Below are positions 1-10,133 of a stretch of DNA of 64,000 bases, in pieces. The notes beneath the pieces are model-generated. The model searched no databases. It had not been told where the DNA came from and worked only from the letters and a program-made list of their open reading frames with translations. Numbering within the stretch: position 1 is the first letter of the stretch; the number at the start of each line of letters is the position of its first letter. The translations under genes were made by a program, and so were the position numbers. The stretch is from Armatimonadota bacterium (GTDB taxonomy: Bacteria; Armatimonadota; Fimbriimonadia; Fimbriimonadales; GBS-DC), in contig JBBIJY010000007.1 of the NCBI GenBank assembly GCA_037445735.1, positions 1-64,000 of the forward strand, read 5' to 3'.

Positions 1-2
1 GG

Positions 3-122
3 TATTTGCTGGAGGGTTGGAGCGAGCGGGAGATAGCCGAGCGGTTGGGCTGTTCGCAGAAAGCGGTGAACAAGCGGTTGCAGAAAATCAAGGCGTATTT
101 GCGGCAGCGGTTGGGCGATTAG
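3..122 (+). CDS. 3' end (partial, cut by window edge) of an ECF-like sigma factor / LuxR-type HTH protein
   Basis: Manual translation from nt 3: YLLEGWSEREIAERLGCSQKAVNKRLQKIKAYLRQRLGD*, a sigma region-4 type helix-turn-helix; TAG at 120-122. Not in the ORF track. Confidence 0.75.
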   Translation, partial: YLLEGWSEREIAERLGCSQKAVNKRLQKIKAYLRQRLGD

Positions 123-261
123 CGCAAAAACAGCGCGGGTGGTGGTGCAGGAGGTACTCAAAATTGGCAGAGGTGGCTACATGATAATATAGAGGGCGGG
201 GATGGGAGTTGCAAGCCACCCGCCTTTGGATAGACAACAACGATGGAGGAGGAATGAGGCG

Positions 262-1191
262 ATGAAAACTCTGATATCTGGAGAGCTTGGGGTAATAAAA
301 CGTCTGAGTGAATGGATGAAACAAGAAACCTACAGACTTTCAATTCAAATAATACTTTCTCTTTTACCATTTGGATTATTATTTGCCCAAACTATAGATT
401 CTCAAGAGGGTTCTCAATATACAGATGTAGAAGAAGTGGATTCAATACTTGTTATCTGTCCAGCAATAATTATCAATGGCAGCTCGGAGTTGATAGAGCT
501 GATAAGTTCTCCATCAAATGTTTACTTGAGAAATTCTCGCAAGTGGAGATTCGTGCCTGTTAGGGAAACCTCTTTGCGATTGACAACTGAGGAATGTGGT
601 GGAGATAGTGAACCCCGATACTTATGCAGAGGTTGTAAAAATGTTAACGAGACTCACAAAGAATGTGCTCATGCAAGTATGGATCCGAGTGATCCGTGTT
701 ATCACCAGAGATATCCTGATGGGCAAGTATTACCAGCGCGTGATATATGTTATGTTATAACTGTAAGAGCAAAAACATGCTTTGAAGATGAAAGAGGAAC
801 TTTGAGAGATTGTAAGGTAAAGATGCGACCACCTCGTCGTAATCCACCTGGCACGGGGGAACAGACAGAAGGTGCTGTTCATCGCGCAGCATATATACGG
901 TATCCTTTTGAATGTGTGGCAGAGTCAACAGATGTTCAGACGCCCCACAAGTTATGGGCAGGCTGCCCAGACTGTCCAGAGAATCAGCGCTTTAATGTTA
1001 GACTGAGATGCGTGCAGCATCGAAACAGTCGATATCCATGTGGCAGCGATCAGCACTTTGTGCGTCTTGAAATCTTGGATGAATATATAGGCAATGTATA
1101 TGAATGTTATGAGCGTTGTCCGGAAACAGGTAGTGCTGATACTCCACAACAAGGCAATCAGGGAGATGTACAGGGAGGAGTACGACGATGA
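262..1191 (+). CDS. Cysteine-rich putative secreted protein (16 Cys)
   Basis: ORF 202..1191; start moved to ATG 262 behind GGAGGA/GAGG. Hydrophobic stretch IQIILSLLPFGLLFA-Q, then a 16-Cys domain. Visibly AT-richer than the flanks. Confidence 0.7.
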   Translation: MKTLISGELGVIKRLSEWMKQETYRLSIQIILSLLPFGLLFAQTIDSQEGSQYTDVEEVDSILVICPAIIINGSSELIELISSPSNVYLRNSRKWRFVPVRETSLRLTTEECGGDSEPRYLCRGCKNVNETHKECAHASMDPSDPCYHQRYPDGQVLPARDICYVITVRAKTCFEDERGTLRDCKVKMRPPRRNPPGTGEQTEGAVHRAAYIRYPFECVAESTDVQTPHKLWAGCPDCPENQRFNVRLRCVQHRNSRYPCGSDQHFVRLEILDEYIGNVYECYERCPETGSADTPQQGNQGDVQGGVRR

Positions 1192-2231
1192 AATGGGTTC
1201 CTTGCATAACCGTGGTCGGACTAATTCTCACTGTCAGCCCGATCGGGGCAACCGATACGCTAACAACCCAGACGCTGCAGGAAATGAAGCAGCGAGATGA
1301 GCCAATTATCCGCAGCGGCATTTCACTTCACGGCAAGATAAGAGGTTGGAGCCCACTGGGTGATAGAAAAAGTGTTGCTGGACTTGCCCGCTGCTATAAC
1401 TTCCGCTTCACCTGCAAGCGGCTAACAGCGGTCTACGAGGAAGCAGTGGAGTTCTTCGAGGAGATCCCCCAGAGAACTGAGCCATCCGATTCTGAGGCAA
1501 AAGGGCGGGGACTCATTTACGATGAAGAAGCGGCCCAACATTTCCTCTTCGCGGCAAGAAAGCGTGTTTTCCACGAAAGAGGCTTCCTGAATGCCGTCTT
1601 GAGAACGAACGGCTCCCTTTATGTGGAGCCAGATGGCAGGTTCGGCATCACAGTCTATGAAGGCTACCTTCTGGAGCTGTACCCTCTGGATCATCTCTGG
1701 AAGACATTAACATGGGCTTGTGATGTTCTCCTGTGCAGCGGGCGTGGATACACTTTTGTTATGGATCTCTCCAGTGCCAGCTGTCGGAAGCGAGCGGACG
1801 GTCTTATAGAGATACAAGCGAAGGGTTGCGAGGCTCCAGATCTGCCTTTGCCCACAGGCTTTTTTGCCGATAATCCCAGAGAGGGACGCAGTAGCTTGTG
1901 GATGCTGGTGGTTGATCCGAAAGCCGACTACTTGGTGCGCGAGGCGGTTTTTTCGGTGAATGAGAAGCCGCTTATCCAGATAAAGACATCGGGTCAGCTC
2001 AAGACGAATGGGGCTGTGATTGCGAAGTCTGGCGAGCGTCGAATCAAGCCTGAAGTGCCCTACGAAGAGATCAGGGTAGAATTCACCAAAGGCGAATGGT
2101 GGTTTTCTCAACTGTTTTACGAGGAGGTTCGCCATGCCTTGCTGAACCCACCCGATGGCACTCGCATATCGGATTTTCGGTTTGGCGATACACCCTTTAC
2201 CTTCACCTATCGGCGAAACGAAGGTCGGTGA
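1188..2231 (+). CDS. Putative secreted hypothetical protein
   Basis: ATGA overlap with the upstream gene, GGAGGAG RBS, signal peptide MKWVPCITVVGLILTVSPIGA; C-terminal PPDGTRISDFR motif. Confidence 0.8.
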   Translation: MKWVPCITVVGLILTVSPIGATDTLTTQTLQEMKQRDEPIIRSGISLHGKIRGWSPLGDRKSVAGLARCYNFRFTCKRLTAVYEEAVEFFEEIPQRTEPSDSEAKGRGLIYDEEAAQHFLFAARKRVFHERGFLNAVLRTNGSLYVEPDGRFGITVYEGYLLELYPLDHLWKTLTWACDVLLCSGRGYTFVMDLSSASCRKRADGLIEIQAKGCEAPDLPLPTGFFADNPREGRSSLWMLVVDPKADYLVREAVFSVNEKPLIQIKTSGQLKTNGAVIAKSGERRIKPEVPYEEIRVEFTKGEWWFSQLFYEEVRHALLNPPDGTRISDFRFGDTPFTFTYRRNEGR

Positions 2232-2236
2232 CCCGA

Positions 2237-2350
2237 ATGAATCGCGAATACACCGTTATCTATGAGTAGACGGGCAAAAACTACTCGGCGTATGTGCCTG
2301 ATCTGCCCGGTTGCGTGGCGGCAGCCGACACGCTGGAGGAAACCGAAACG
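2237..2350 (+). pseudogene. hicB: HicB-family antitoxin remnant
   Basis: MNREYTVIYE*TGKNYSAYVPDLPGCVAAADTLEETE: HicB N-terminal signature with an in-frame TAG at 2267-2269, truncated afterwards. Confidence 0.8.
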
Positions 2351-2700
2351 GGCTATCGGCGTTCATCCGCGCGGGGCTGGCATCGGGCACGCTGAAGGTG
2401 GACGAGGTATGCCTGCACTGCGGCACCGGCGCCGACCCCCTCTGCCCCCTCGTCGAACTGCACTCACCCGAGATCTGTCGGTGAGTTCAAGCCAAGATCG
2501 ATTCATTAGAAGCAGGAGTCAGATCGCCTGGAAACGAATCTTCTGAACGGAGGGCGGTGATGCCCGCGCGCTTTGTGTATGGAGTCGTTGACGAGCAGTT
2601 AGGGCGTTCACGCGATGGCGCTCTCGTCCGGCATCCACGCCTGCGCGGGGGGACGCCATGAGCTGCCAGACCCAGCCCTTCCACGACCTCCTGAGGAGGC

Positions 2701-3831
2701 ATGATCATCATGAGACGACAGATTCATGGCTTGCTGGCACTATTGGCAATAATAGCAACAATAAATTTGCCTGATCAGGGCAATGGACAAATTTCTTCCG
2801 TACAGCCATTGCCCACTCCCAAGGGGACGCCTCGAACCACCGAGCGCGAATCCGCAACGAACGGCTCTCGTGAAGCTCCTAAGCGTCAGCACTACTATGA
2901 CCAACGCGAACGCGTATCCTCTAATCTGACTTTCGAATGGCTGGCTGAATCGAACAGCGTCTACCTCAAGGAGGATGGGAGCAAATTGACGCTTTCAGAT
3001 CTTCAAGATATTTATAAGATTAGCCGCACTCCCATGCTCACTCGAATCGATCTGACCATGGAAGCTCCGTTGATTACCAGCGATGGTGTACGCAAGTCAG
3101 ATCTACTTTTTCAATCAACTGTATACTATTTTGGTCAAACAGGAGAAATTGTTCTGAATGCGAATCGTGATACTAAAGGAACGGTGACTTCTGCCTCGAT
3201 CTTTCAGCCTGGGGCAAACGGTTTCGGTTTACCCAACCTCTATTTGCCCGGCTTATCAATGGGAGGTCTTATCTTTCTTGCAGGCATTTCTCCAATGCGC
3301 CTGATGGATGCTCCGCTTTCCAGCTGGCAGATCAGTGAGGTTAACGAGAACGAATGGGTTCTTGAACTCTCTGCGGAAAGGCAAAAGCAGCCCGTCCAGA
3401 CAGGGTTACTCCGCTTCGACCGCATAGAGGTTCACCTCAGTCGCCGTCATGGCGATGCTCCTGCCCGATTGGAAATCTCGTTAGGTGGCGTCGTCTACAG
3501 ATGGAAAACACTGGAGTACACCCAGAGACAGGGTGTCTGGATGCCTCAAAAAGTGCTTCTGGAGTTCAAGTCAGGCGAGCGTGAAATTCAGACTCTATAT
3601 TATCTGAACGCTGTTTACAGAACGGCGGGAGTCGCTGTGGACATCCCGCGAGGAACCCCTGTACTGGATTGGCGCTGGCGGGGGCGAACTGCCTGGGCTG
3701 AAGGTTTCAATTCTATAAGTATAAATTTAAACAAACGCAATTCTTCTGATGTCCTGGATACCTTCACACCAATCGATTGGACTCCTGCGTTAGAGCAAGA
3801 GCTCTGGCGATCTGTCCAGCGTTCCCAGTGA
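2701..3831 (+). CDS. Putative secreted hypothetical protein
   Basis: GAGGAGG RBS, N-terminal RRQIHGLLALLAIIA hydrophobic segment, beta-rich body, IPRGTPVLDWR motif. Confidence 0.75.
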   Translation: MIIMRRQIHGLLALLAIIATINLPDQGNGQISSVQPLPTPKGTPRTTERESATNGSREAPKRQHYYDQRERVSSNLTFEWLAESNSVYLKEDGSKLTLSDLQDIYKISRTPMLTRIDLTMEAPLITSDGVRKSDLLFQSTVYYFGQTGEIVLNANRDTKGTVTSASIFQPGANGFGLPNLYLPGLSMGGLIFLAGISPMRLMDAPLSSWQISEVNENEWVLELSAERQKQPVQTGLLRFDRIEVHLSRRHGDAPARLEISLGGVVYRWKTLEYTQRQGVWMPQKVLLEFKSGEREIQTLYYLNAVYRTAGVAVDIPRGTPVLDWRWRGRTAWAEGFNSISINLNKRNSSDVLDTFTPIDWTPALEQELWRSVQRSQ

Positions 3832-3902
3832 AAGCAGGAAGCCATCCAGCTCTATATTGAAGCCCTGAACGAGCAGGGTTTACCGGTGCCTGGGCGGAGA
3901 TG

Positions 3903-4019
3903 CTACCGCGCTGCTTGCGGAAAGGACGACATTGCAGACCTGTAAACGACATCGAATCCCAAAGCGCGTAGCGTCTCAACAATGGAACGATCCACTCCTT
4001 CATCAGCAAGAATTTTCAT
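3903..4019 (-). pseudogene. Truncated DUF5615 (PIN-like) toxin
   Basis: MKILADEGVDRSIVETLRALGFDVVY matches the DUF5615 N-terminus; ATGA-coupled to the DUF433 gene; stops after 38 aa. Confidence 0.75.
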
Positions 4020-4258
4020 TTTTCAGGAACTTCAAAAGGGATTAACTCTTCATTCTTAATTACATGAAGCGCATAGCAGATTGCGGCGCGGACGGCGTCA
4101 GCGGGGAGAGAATGGTTCTCTTCCAGAATCTGGGCTTCGGTCTCTCCTGCCGCCAGACGCTCCAGTATCGATTCCACGGTGATGCGCATGCCTTTGATAA
4201 CAGGTTTACCGCGCATCACCTCCGGGCGAACCTCGACTAACTCCAGCAGATTGGTCAT
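4016..4258 (-). CDS. DUF433 family antitoxin
   Basis: PEVMRGKPVIKGMRITVESILERLAAG...DAVRAAICYA motif. Confidence 0.9.
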   Translation of the reverse strand: MTNLLELVEVRPEVMRGKPVIKGMRITVESILERLAAGETEAQILEENHSLPADAVRAAICYALHVIKNEELIPFEVPEK

Positions 4259-4353
4259 CTATCTTCACCAATGGAAGGATACCCCATTCATAAGGCGCGA
4301 TGCCCTGTTGACCAGCGGGTATAATCTCTTTCGCTGGCGAGAGAGGCGCACCG

Positions 4354-5763
4354 ATGGCTGGGTCAGACAGGGTTGCCGGGATTGTGCTGGCGGCGGGCAA
4401 GGGCACGCGCATGAAGTCCGACCTCCCCAAGGCGCTGATGCCGTTGCTGGGTCTGCCGCTGACCGCCCATGTGCTGAATGCGCTGCAGCAGGCGGGCGTT
4501 GACCCCATCGTGGTGGTGGTGGGGCACGGCGCGGAGCAGGTGCAATCGGCGCTGGGCGAGGGCTATCTCTACGCGCTGCAGAGCGAGCAGCTCGGCACGG
4601 GGCACGCCGCGATGCAGGCGATGCCGCTTATCCCCGACGGCATCACGCGCGTGGTGGTCGCCGCCGGCGATTCGCCCCTCGTGACGCCGGAGGCGATCTG
4701 TGCGCTGGTGGCACACCATCAGCAGACAGGCGCCCAGGCGACTGTCGCGACCGCGCTGCTGGACGATCCCACAGGCTACGGGCGAATCGTGCGCGATGGG
4801 CAGGGGCGCATACTGGGAATCGTCGAAGAGCGCGACGCCCTGCCTGAACAGAAAGCCATCCGCGAGGTGTGTACCTCCTTCTACTGCTTCGAGGTGTGCG
4901 TGCTGCGCGAGGCGCTGCCCCGCCTGAACAACCTCAACGCGCAGGGCGAGTATTACCTCACCGATGTGATTGGCATTATTGCGCAGGGCGGCGGCAGAGT
5001 CGAGGCGTGGCAATCGCCTGACCCGACGCTGCTGATGGGCGTCAACACGCGCTGGGAGCTGGCGCAGGCGGCGAACGCCCTGCGCCAGCGTATCCTCAAG
5101 CAGCTCTGTCTGGACGGCATCACCATTATCGACCCTGCCACCACCTACATCGACGCCACCGTGCAGATCGGGCACGACACCGTGATCGAGCCGAACACCT
5201 ATCTGCGGGGCAACACGCGCGTCGGCGCCAGCTGCACGCTGGGTCCTGACCTCTATCTGGAGGACACACAGGTGGGCGACGGCTGCCGGCTGTTCCGCTC
5301 GCATATTGTGGGTGCCACGATCGAATCGGATGTGAGCGTGGGACCCTTCGCGCATCTGCGCCCGGGCACGGTGCTGAAACGGGGCGCACGAATCGGCGAT
5401 TTTGTGGAAATAAAGAACACGGTGGTCGGCGAGGAGACGAAGGTGCTCCATCTGACCTATCTGGGCGATGCGACGGTGGGACGACGCGCCAACATCGGCG
5501 CGGGCACCATCACCTGCAACTTCGACGGCATCCAGAAGCATCGCACGATTATCGGCGATGAGGTGTTTGTGGGGTCGCATGCGACGCTGATTGCGCCATT
5601 GACGATTGGCGACGGCGCCTATATTGCGGCAGCCAGCCCCATCACCGACGATGTGCCGCCCGATGCGCTCGCCATCGCCCGCTGCTACCAGACCATCAAG
5701 GAAGGATGGGCGCGCCGCCGCCGCGAATCGAAACAAACGGGAGGCAACAACGATGGCAGTTAA
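4354..5763 (+). CDS. glmU: Bifunctional UDP-GlcNAc pyrophosphorylase / GlcN-1-P N-acetyltransferase
   Basis: LAAGKGTRMKS, EQLGTGHA, GEYYLTD motifs, hexapeptide repeats, GAGTITCNFDG. Confidence 0.98.
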   Translation: MAGSDRVAGIVLAAGKGTRMKSDLPKALMPLLGLPLTAHVLNALQQAGVDPIVVVVGHGAEQVQSALGEGYLYALQSEQLGTGHAAMQAMPLIPDGITRVVVAAGDSPLVTPEAICALVAHHQQTGAQATVATALLDDPTGYGRIVRDGQGRILGIVEERDALPEQKAIREVCTSFYCFEVCVLREALPRLNNLNAQGEYYLTDVIGIIAQGGGRVEAWQSPDPTLLMGVNTRWELAQAANALRQRILKQLCLDGITIIDPATTYIDATVQIGHDTVIEPNTYLRGNTRVGASCTLGPDLYLEDTQVGDGCRLFRSHIVGATIESDVSVGPFAHLRPGTVLKRGARIGDFVEIKNTVVGEETKVLHLTYLGDATVGRRANIGAGTITCNFDGIQKHRTIIGDEVFVGSHATLIAPLTIGDGAYIAAASPITDDVPPDALAIARCYQTIKEGWARRRRESKQTGGNNDGS

Positions 5764-6715
5764 CGGGCAGGAAATCCTGCTGTTTGGGGGCAACTCGAAC
5801 CCTGAGCTGGCAGAGAAGATCGCGGCTTATCTGGGGCGACCACTGGGGCAGATGATCTGCACGCGCTTCTCCGACGGCGAGGTGCGCGTGCAGGTGCTGG
5901 AAAGCGCGCGCGGGATGGATGTGTTCGTGGTGCAGTCCACCTGCGCCCCCGTCAACGATAACATCATGGAGCTGCTGATACTGCTGGACGCCTTTCGGCG
6001 GGCGTCGGCGCGGCGCATCACCGCTGTGATCCCCTACTATGGCTACGCCCGACAGGACAAGAAGATCAAGCCCCGCGAACCCATCAGCGCACGGCTCGTG
6101 GCGGACTTAATCACCGTTGCGGGCGCCACGCGCGTGGTGACCATCGACCTGCACGCCGAGCAGATTCAGGGCTTCTTCGACATCCCCGTAGACCATCTCT
6201 ACGCGGGTCCCATCATCGCCGATTACCTCATCAAGGAAGGCTATCGCGACCAGAACATCGTGGTGGTGTCGCCCGATGTGGCGGGCGTGCCGCGTGCGCG
6301 GGCGATGGCGGAAGCGCTGGACGCCCCGCTCGCCATCATCGCCAAGCGCCGCCCTGAACCCAACAAGGTCGAAGTGATGGAGATTATCGGCGATGTGCAG
6401 GGACGGGTCGCCATCATGATTGATGATATGATCGACACGGGCGGCTCGGTGGTGCAGGGCGCGGAGGCGCTTTTGCGGCGGGGCGCCGAGCGCATTATTG
6501 CCGCTTGCACGCATCCCGTGTTCTCCGGGAACGCCCCGCAACGGCTCGCCGAATCGCCCATCGAAAAGGTCATCTGCACCGACACCATCCCCGTGCCGCC
6601 ACATAAACAGTTCGACAAACTGGTACGCCTGTCGGTCGCGCCCCTGCTCGGCGAAGCCATCTCGCGCATCCACCGCGACGAATCGGTCAGCGAGCTGTTC
6701 CAGAACTATCGATGA
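5753..6715 (+). CDS. prs: Ribose-phosphate pyrophosphokinase
   Basis: FSDGE, PYYGYARQD, DLHAEQIQGFF, DDMIDTGG; start at ATG 5753 behind GGAGG. Confidence 0.98.
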   Translation: MAVNGQEILLFGGNSNPELAEKIAAYLGRPLGQMICTRFSDGEVRVQVLESARGMDVFVVQSTCAPVNDNIMELLILLDAFRRASARRITAVIPYYGYARQDKKIKPREPISARLVADLITVAGATRVVTIDLHAEQIQGFFDIPVDHLYAGPIIADYLIKEGYRDQNIVVVSPDVAGVPRARAMAEALDAPLAIIAKRRPEPNKVEVMEIIGDVQGRVAIMIDDMIDTGGSVVQGAEALLRRGAERIIAACTHPVFSGNAPQRLAESPIEKVICTDTIPVPPHKQFDKLVRLSVAPLLGEAISRIHRDESVSELFQNYR

Positions 6716-7632
6716 AGCACATCGTCTCGGTCAGCCTGGGGTCGTCCAAACGCGATAAGCGCAGTGAGGTGGAAATCGCGGGCGAGCGGTTTCTGATCGA
6801 GCGCATCGGCACGGACGGCGACCTGCGCCGCTTTCAGCAGCTGTTCGCGGAGCTGGACGGCAAGGTGGACGCGCTCGGCATCGGCGGCGCCGATCTCTAC
6901 ATCTGGGTGGGCAACCGCCGCTACACCTTCCGCTCCATCCAGAAGCTGGTCGCCGTCGCTAAAAAGACGCCTGTGGTGGACGGCAGCGGGCTGAAAAACA
7001 CCTTAGAGCGCGAAGCGGTACGCTGGCTCCAGCAGCAGGGCGTGATCGACTTTTCGCGATGCACGGTGCTGCTGGTCGCCGCCGTCGATCGGTTCGGCAT
7101 GGCGCAGGAGCTGGCGCGTCATGCCCGACAGGTGATTTACGGCGACTTTGTGTTCGCAATCGGGTTGCCCATCCCGATTCGCTCGTATCGCACGGTGGAG
7201 CGGCTGGGTCGCATGCTGTTGCCCATTATTACGCGCCTGCCGTTCCAGTGGTTCTACCCGACGGGCGAGAAGCAGGAGCAGCGAACGCCCCGTGCGCCCC
7301 AGCTGTTCGAGCAAGCCGATGTGATCGCGGGCGACTGGCACTATATCCGCCGATATATGCCCGATCGCCTGCCCGGCAAGCGCGTGATTACCAACACGGT
7401 ACGCCGCGCCGATGTGGAGCTGCTGCGCGAGGCGGGTGTGGCACAGCTCATCACCACCACGCCCGTGATTGAGGGCGAGACCTTCGCCACGAATGTGATG
7501 GAGGGCGTGATTGTCGCGCTCACGGGTCGCCGCCCCGACGAGCTGACCCCACAGGACTATCGGGACGCCCTGCACCGTCTCGGCTGGCAGCCGGGCGTGC
7601 TGGATCTCCAGATGGCGGCCGCCTCCGCTTAG
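6712..7632 (+). CDS. Conserved hypothetical protein (family often labelled quinate 5-dehydrogenase-like; function unverified)
   Basis: VSVSLGSSKRD, ERIGTDGD, VVDGSGLKNTLER, TNVMEG motifs; coupled to prs. Confidence 0.7.
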   Translation: MKHIVSVSLGSSKRDKRSEVEIAGERFLIERIGTDGDLRRFQQLFAELDGKVDALGIGGADLYIWVGNRRYTFRSIQKLVAVAKKTPVVDGSGLKNTLEREAVRWLQQQGVIDFSRCTVLLVAAVDRFGMAQELARHARQVIYGDFVFAIGLPIPIRSYRTVERLGRMLLPIITRLPFQWFYPTGEKQEQRTPRAPQLFEQADVIAGDWHYIRRYMPDRLPGKRVITNTVRRADVELLREAGVAQLITTTPVIEGETFATNVMEGVIVALTGRRPDELTPQDYRDALHRLGWQPGVLDLQMAAASA

Positions 7633-9218
7633 TCGGGCGTTTCTGCACTGCCCCAGCCGCCGCCGCCAGGCGTGCGAATGGTCAGGATGGTGTTGGGCGG
7701 CACTTTGACGGTTCCCTTGATGAGTTCGGTTTCGATGCGTCCGCCGATGAGCAGGCGGTTCTGCCCGCGCTTGCCCGCTTTGCCGCCCTGCAAGCCGTAG
7801 GGCGCGTGCCGACGGCGGTCGGTGAACAGCGTGAGCGTGGTCTCGGTCAGAAACTGGAAGGCGCGGATGACCCCATCGCCGCCCCGGTGTCGCCCGCGCC
7901 CGCCCGTGCGCTCCGCGAGCCGATACTCCAGCACGCGCACGGGGAACGCGCTCTCGATGGCTTCCACAGGCGTATTGCGCGTGTTGGTCATATGCACATG
8001 GATACCGCTGGCGCCATCGGTATCGGGGCACGCGCCCGCGCCGCCCGCTATCGTCTCATAATAGACAAAGGGCTGCTGACGAACGGGGTCATAGCCGCCG
8101 AAGAGCAGATTGTTCATCGTGCCCTGCGAGGCGGCGGGGATTCGGTCGGGCAGCGCCTGCGCCAGCGCGCCCAGCAGCGCATCGACGATGCGCTGGGCGG
8201 TCTCCACATTGCCGCCCGCGACGGCAGCAGGATAGCGAGCGTTCACAACCGTGCCTTCGGGCGCAATCACCCTGACAGGTCGCCAGCAGCCCGCATTCGT
8301 GGGCACCTCCATCGGCATCAGACAGCGCACCACATAGTAGCACGCGGAGAGCGTCACCGCCAGCGGCGCGTTCACACCGCCCACGCACTGGGGCGAACTG
8401 CCCGTGAAATCGATCTGGATTGTGCCCGGCACATCGGCAGGCACGCGCACCCGCACGCCGATGCGAACATCGCGCGTGCCCTGACCATCGTCGTCCAGAT
8501 AGTCTTCAAACTGATAGTCGCCCGGCGGGATTTCACCCAGCACGGCACGGGTGATCGACTCGCTGTAGCCCAGCAGCTGCTCGAATCGGTACAGCCAGCG
8601 TTCGAGACCCTCCTGCTCCAGCAGGGTTTGCAGGCGGCGGATGCCGATGCGGTTCGCGCCGATCTGCGCGTGCAGGTCGCCCCAGCGTTCGTCGGGCGTG
8701 CGCACATTCGCAAGCAGCAGTTGCACCACATCGGTCTGCAGCGTGTCGTGGCGCAGCAGGTGGACAGGCGGGATTCGCAGCCCTTCTTCGAAGATTTCAG
8801 TGGCGAGCGGCATGGAGCCGGGCGCGGCGCCGCCCGTGTCAGCATGGTGCGCCCGATTCGCCACGAAGCCCACACACTGACCCCGCACGAACACGGGCGC
8901 GATCAGCGTCCAGTCGGGCAGGTGTGTGCCCGCCTGATAGGGGTCGTTGGTCAGCACCATATCGCCCTCGCGCCACTCGATGCGGGGCAACAGCCACTCC
9001 ATCAGCAGCGGCATCGCGCCCAGATGTACGGGGATATGCGCCGCCTGCGCGATCAGCCGCCCCTGCGCGTCGAACAGCGCACAGGAGTAGTCGCGCCGCT
9101 CCTTGATGTTGGGCGAGCATGCCGAATGCTCCAGCACGCGCCCCATCTCTTCAGGTATCGCGCTCAACCGCTCGTGATAGAGCCACACCCGCGCCGGGTC
9201 AAATCGCGCCGTGTCCAT
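7629..9218 (-). CDS. Hydantoinase B / 5-oxoprolinase family protein
   Basis: [47 protein letters not shown]. Confidence 0.95.
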   Translation of the reverse strand: MDTARFDPARVWLYHERLSAIPEEMGRVLEHSACSPNIKERRDYSCALFDAQGRLIAQAAHIPVHLGAMPLLMEWLLPRIEWREGDMVLTNDPYQAGTHLPDWTLIAPVFVRGQCVGFVANRAHHADTGGAAPGSMPLATEIFEEGLRIPPVHLLRHDTLQTDVVQLLLANVRTPDERWGDLHAQIGANRIGIRRLQTLLEQEGLERWLYRFEQLLGYSESITRAVLGEIPPGDYQFEDYLDDDGQGTRDVRIGVRVRVPADVPGTIQIDFTGSSPQCVGGVNAPLAVTLSACYYVVRCLMPMEVPTNAGCWRPVRVIAPEGTVVNARYPAAVAGGNVETAQRIVDALLGALAQALPDRIPAASQGTMNNLLFGGYDPVRQQPFVYYETIAGGAGACPDTDGASGIHVHMTNTRNTPVEAIESAFPVRVLEYRLAERTGGRGRHRGGDGVIRAFQFLTETTLTLFTDRRRHAPYGLQGGKAGKRGQNRLLIGGRIETELIKGTVKVPPNTILTIRTPGGGGWGSAETPD

Positions 9219-9230
9219 CGCCCGTTAACC

Positions 9231-10070
9231 TTACCCCACCCCCTTCAGCCACCACCAGACCCACGGCGCACTGAACAGGAAGCTGTCGAACCGATCCAGG
9301 ACGCCGCCATGCCCGGGCAGCAGATTGCCGAAATCTTTGATGCCGAGGGCGCGTTTGAGCGACGATTCGAACAGGTCGCCCAGCTGCCCCAGAATGCCGA
9401 CGCCCGCGCCTATCAGCGCCGCTTTCCCCAGGGGCAGGTTGAGCCAAGCGCTGCCTGCCAGCCCCATCAGCAGGCAGCAGGCGAAGTTGGCAATCGCGCC
9501 CTCCACGCTCTTGGCGGGACTGAGCGCCGGCGCGAGCCGATGACGCCCGACGGCACGCCCCACAAAGTACGCCATCGAGTCGCCCAGCCAGAGCATCGCC
9601 ATCAGCCACAGCACGAGCAGCGCGCCCCGCTCCAGCTGCCAGCCGCTGAGCGCGACAGGCACGAAGTCAGCCCGCAGGCGCACCCCGAACGCCATCAGCC
9701 AGCCGATATAGAGCGCGGCGAACAGCCCCAGCCCGATATTCGCGCCCACCGTCCGCCCCGGATGGCGCCACGCCAGCGTCAGCTCCCACAGGGCAGCCAC
9801 ACCGAGCGCGATCAGCAGCGTTCGCTCCAGCGGGAGTTCAGCGAAGGCGCGGGTCAGCAAAGGCAGCAACGCGCCCCACACCAGCAAAGGCGGGCTTGGC
9901 ATCAGGCGCGGCGGCTCCCGCACCAAGCCATACGCACGGGCGAACTCCGTCAGCCCTGACGCCGTTAGCACGCTCATCACCAGCGCGAACAGCCAACCAC
10001 CCGGCGCCAGCACCGCCACCAGAAAGAGCGGAATGCCCACCAGCGCGGTCAACACGCGAACTCTCAGCAT
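9231..10070 (-). CDS. cdsA: Phosphatidate cytidylyltransferase
   Basis: SPAKSVEG, GDLFESSLKR, KDFGNLLPGHGGVLDRFDS; multiple TM segments. Confidence 0.97.
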   Translation of the reverse strand: MLRVRVLTALVGIPLFLVAVLAPGGWLFALVMSVLTASGLTEFARAYGLVREPPRLMPSPPLLVWGALLPLLTRAFAELPLERTLLIALGVAALWELTLAWRHPGRTVGANIGLGLFAALYIGWLMAFGVRLRADFVPVALSGWQLERGALLVLWLMAMLWLGDSMAYFVGRAVGRHRLAPALSPAKSVEGAIANFACCLLMGLAGSAWLNLPLGKAALIGAGVGILGQLGDLFESSLKRALGIKDFGNLLPGHGGVLDRFDSFLFSAPWVWWWLKGVG

Positions 10071-10133
10071 CGCTCCTGCCTGCCATCAGGCAACCCTACT
10101 ATACACTATCGGGGAGCGGGAAGTCAAGAATCG

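Noticed and set aside
2267-2269. In-frame TAG in hicB as possible recoding (pyrrolysine or alternative code)
   Set aside because: TAG terminates normal genes in this window and the gene is also truncated; simple pseudogene.
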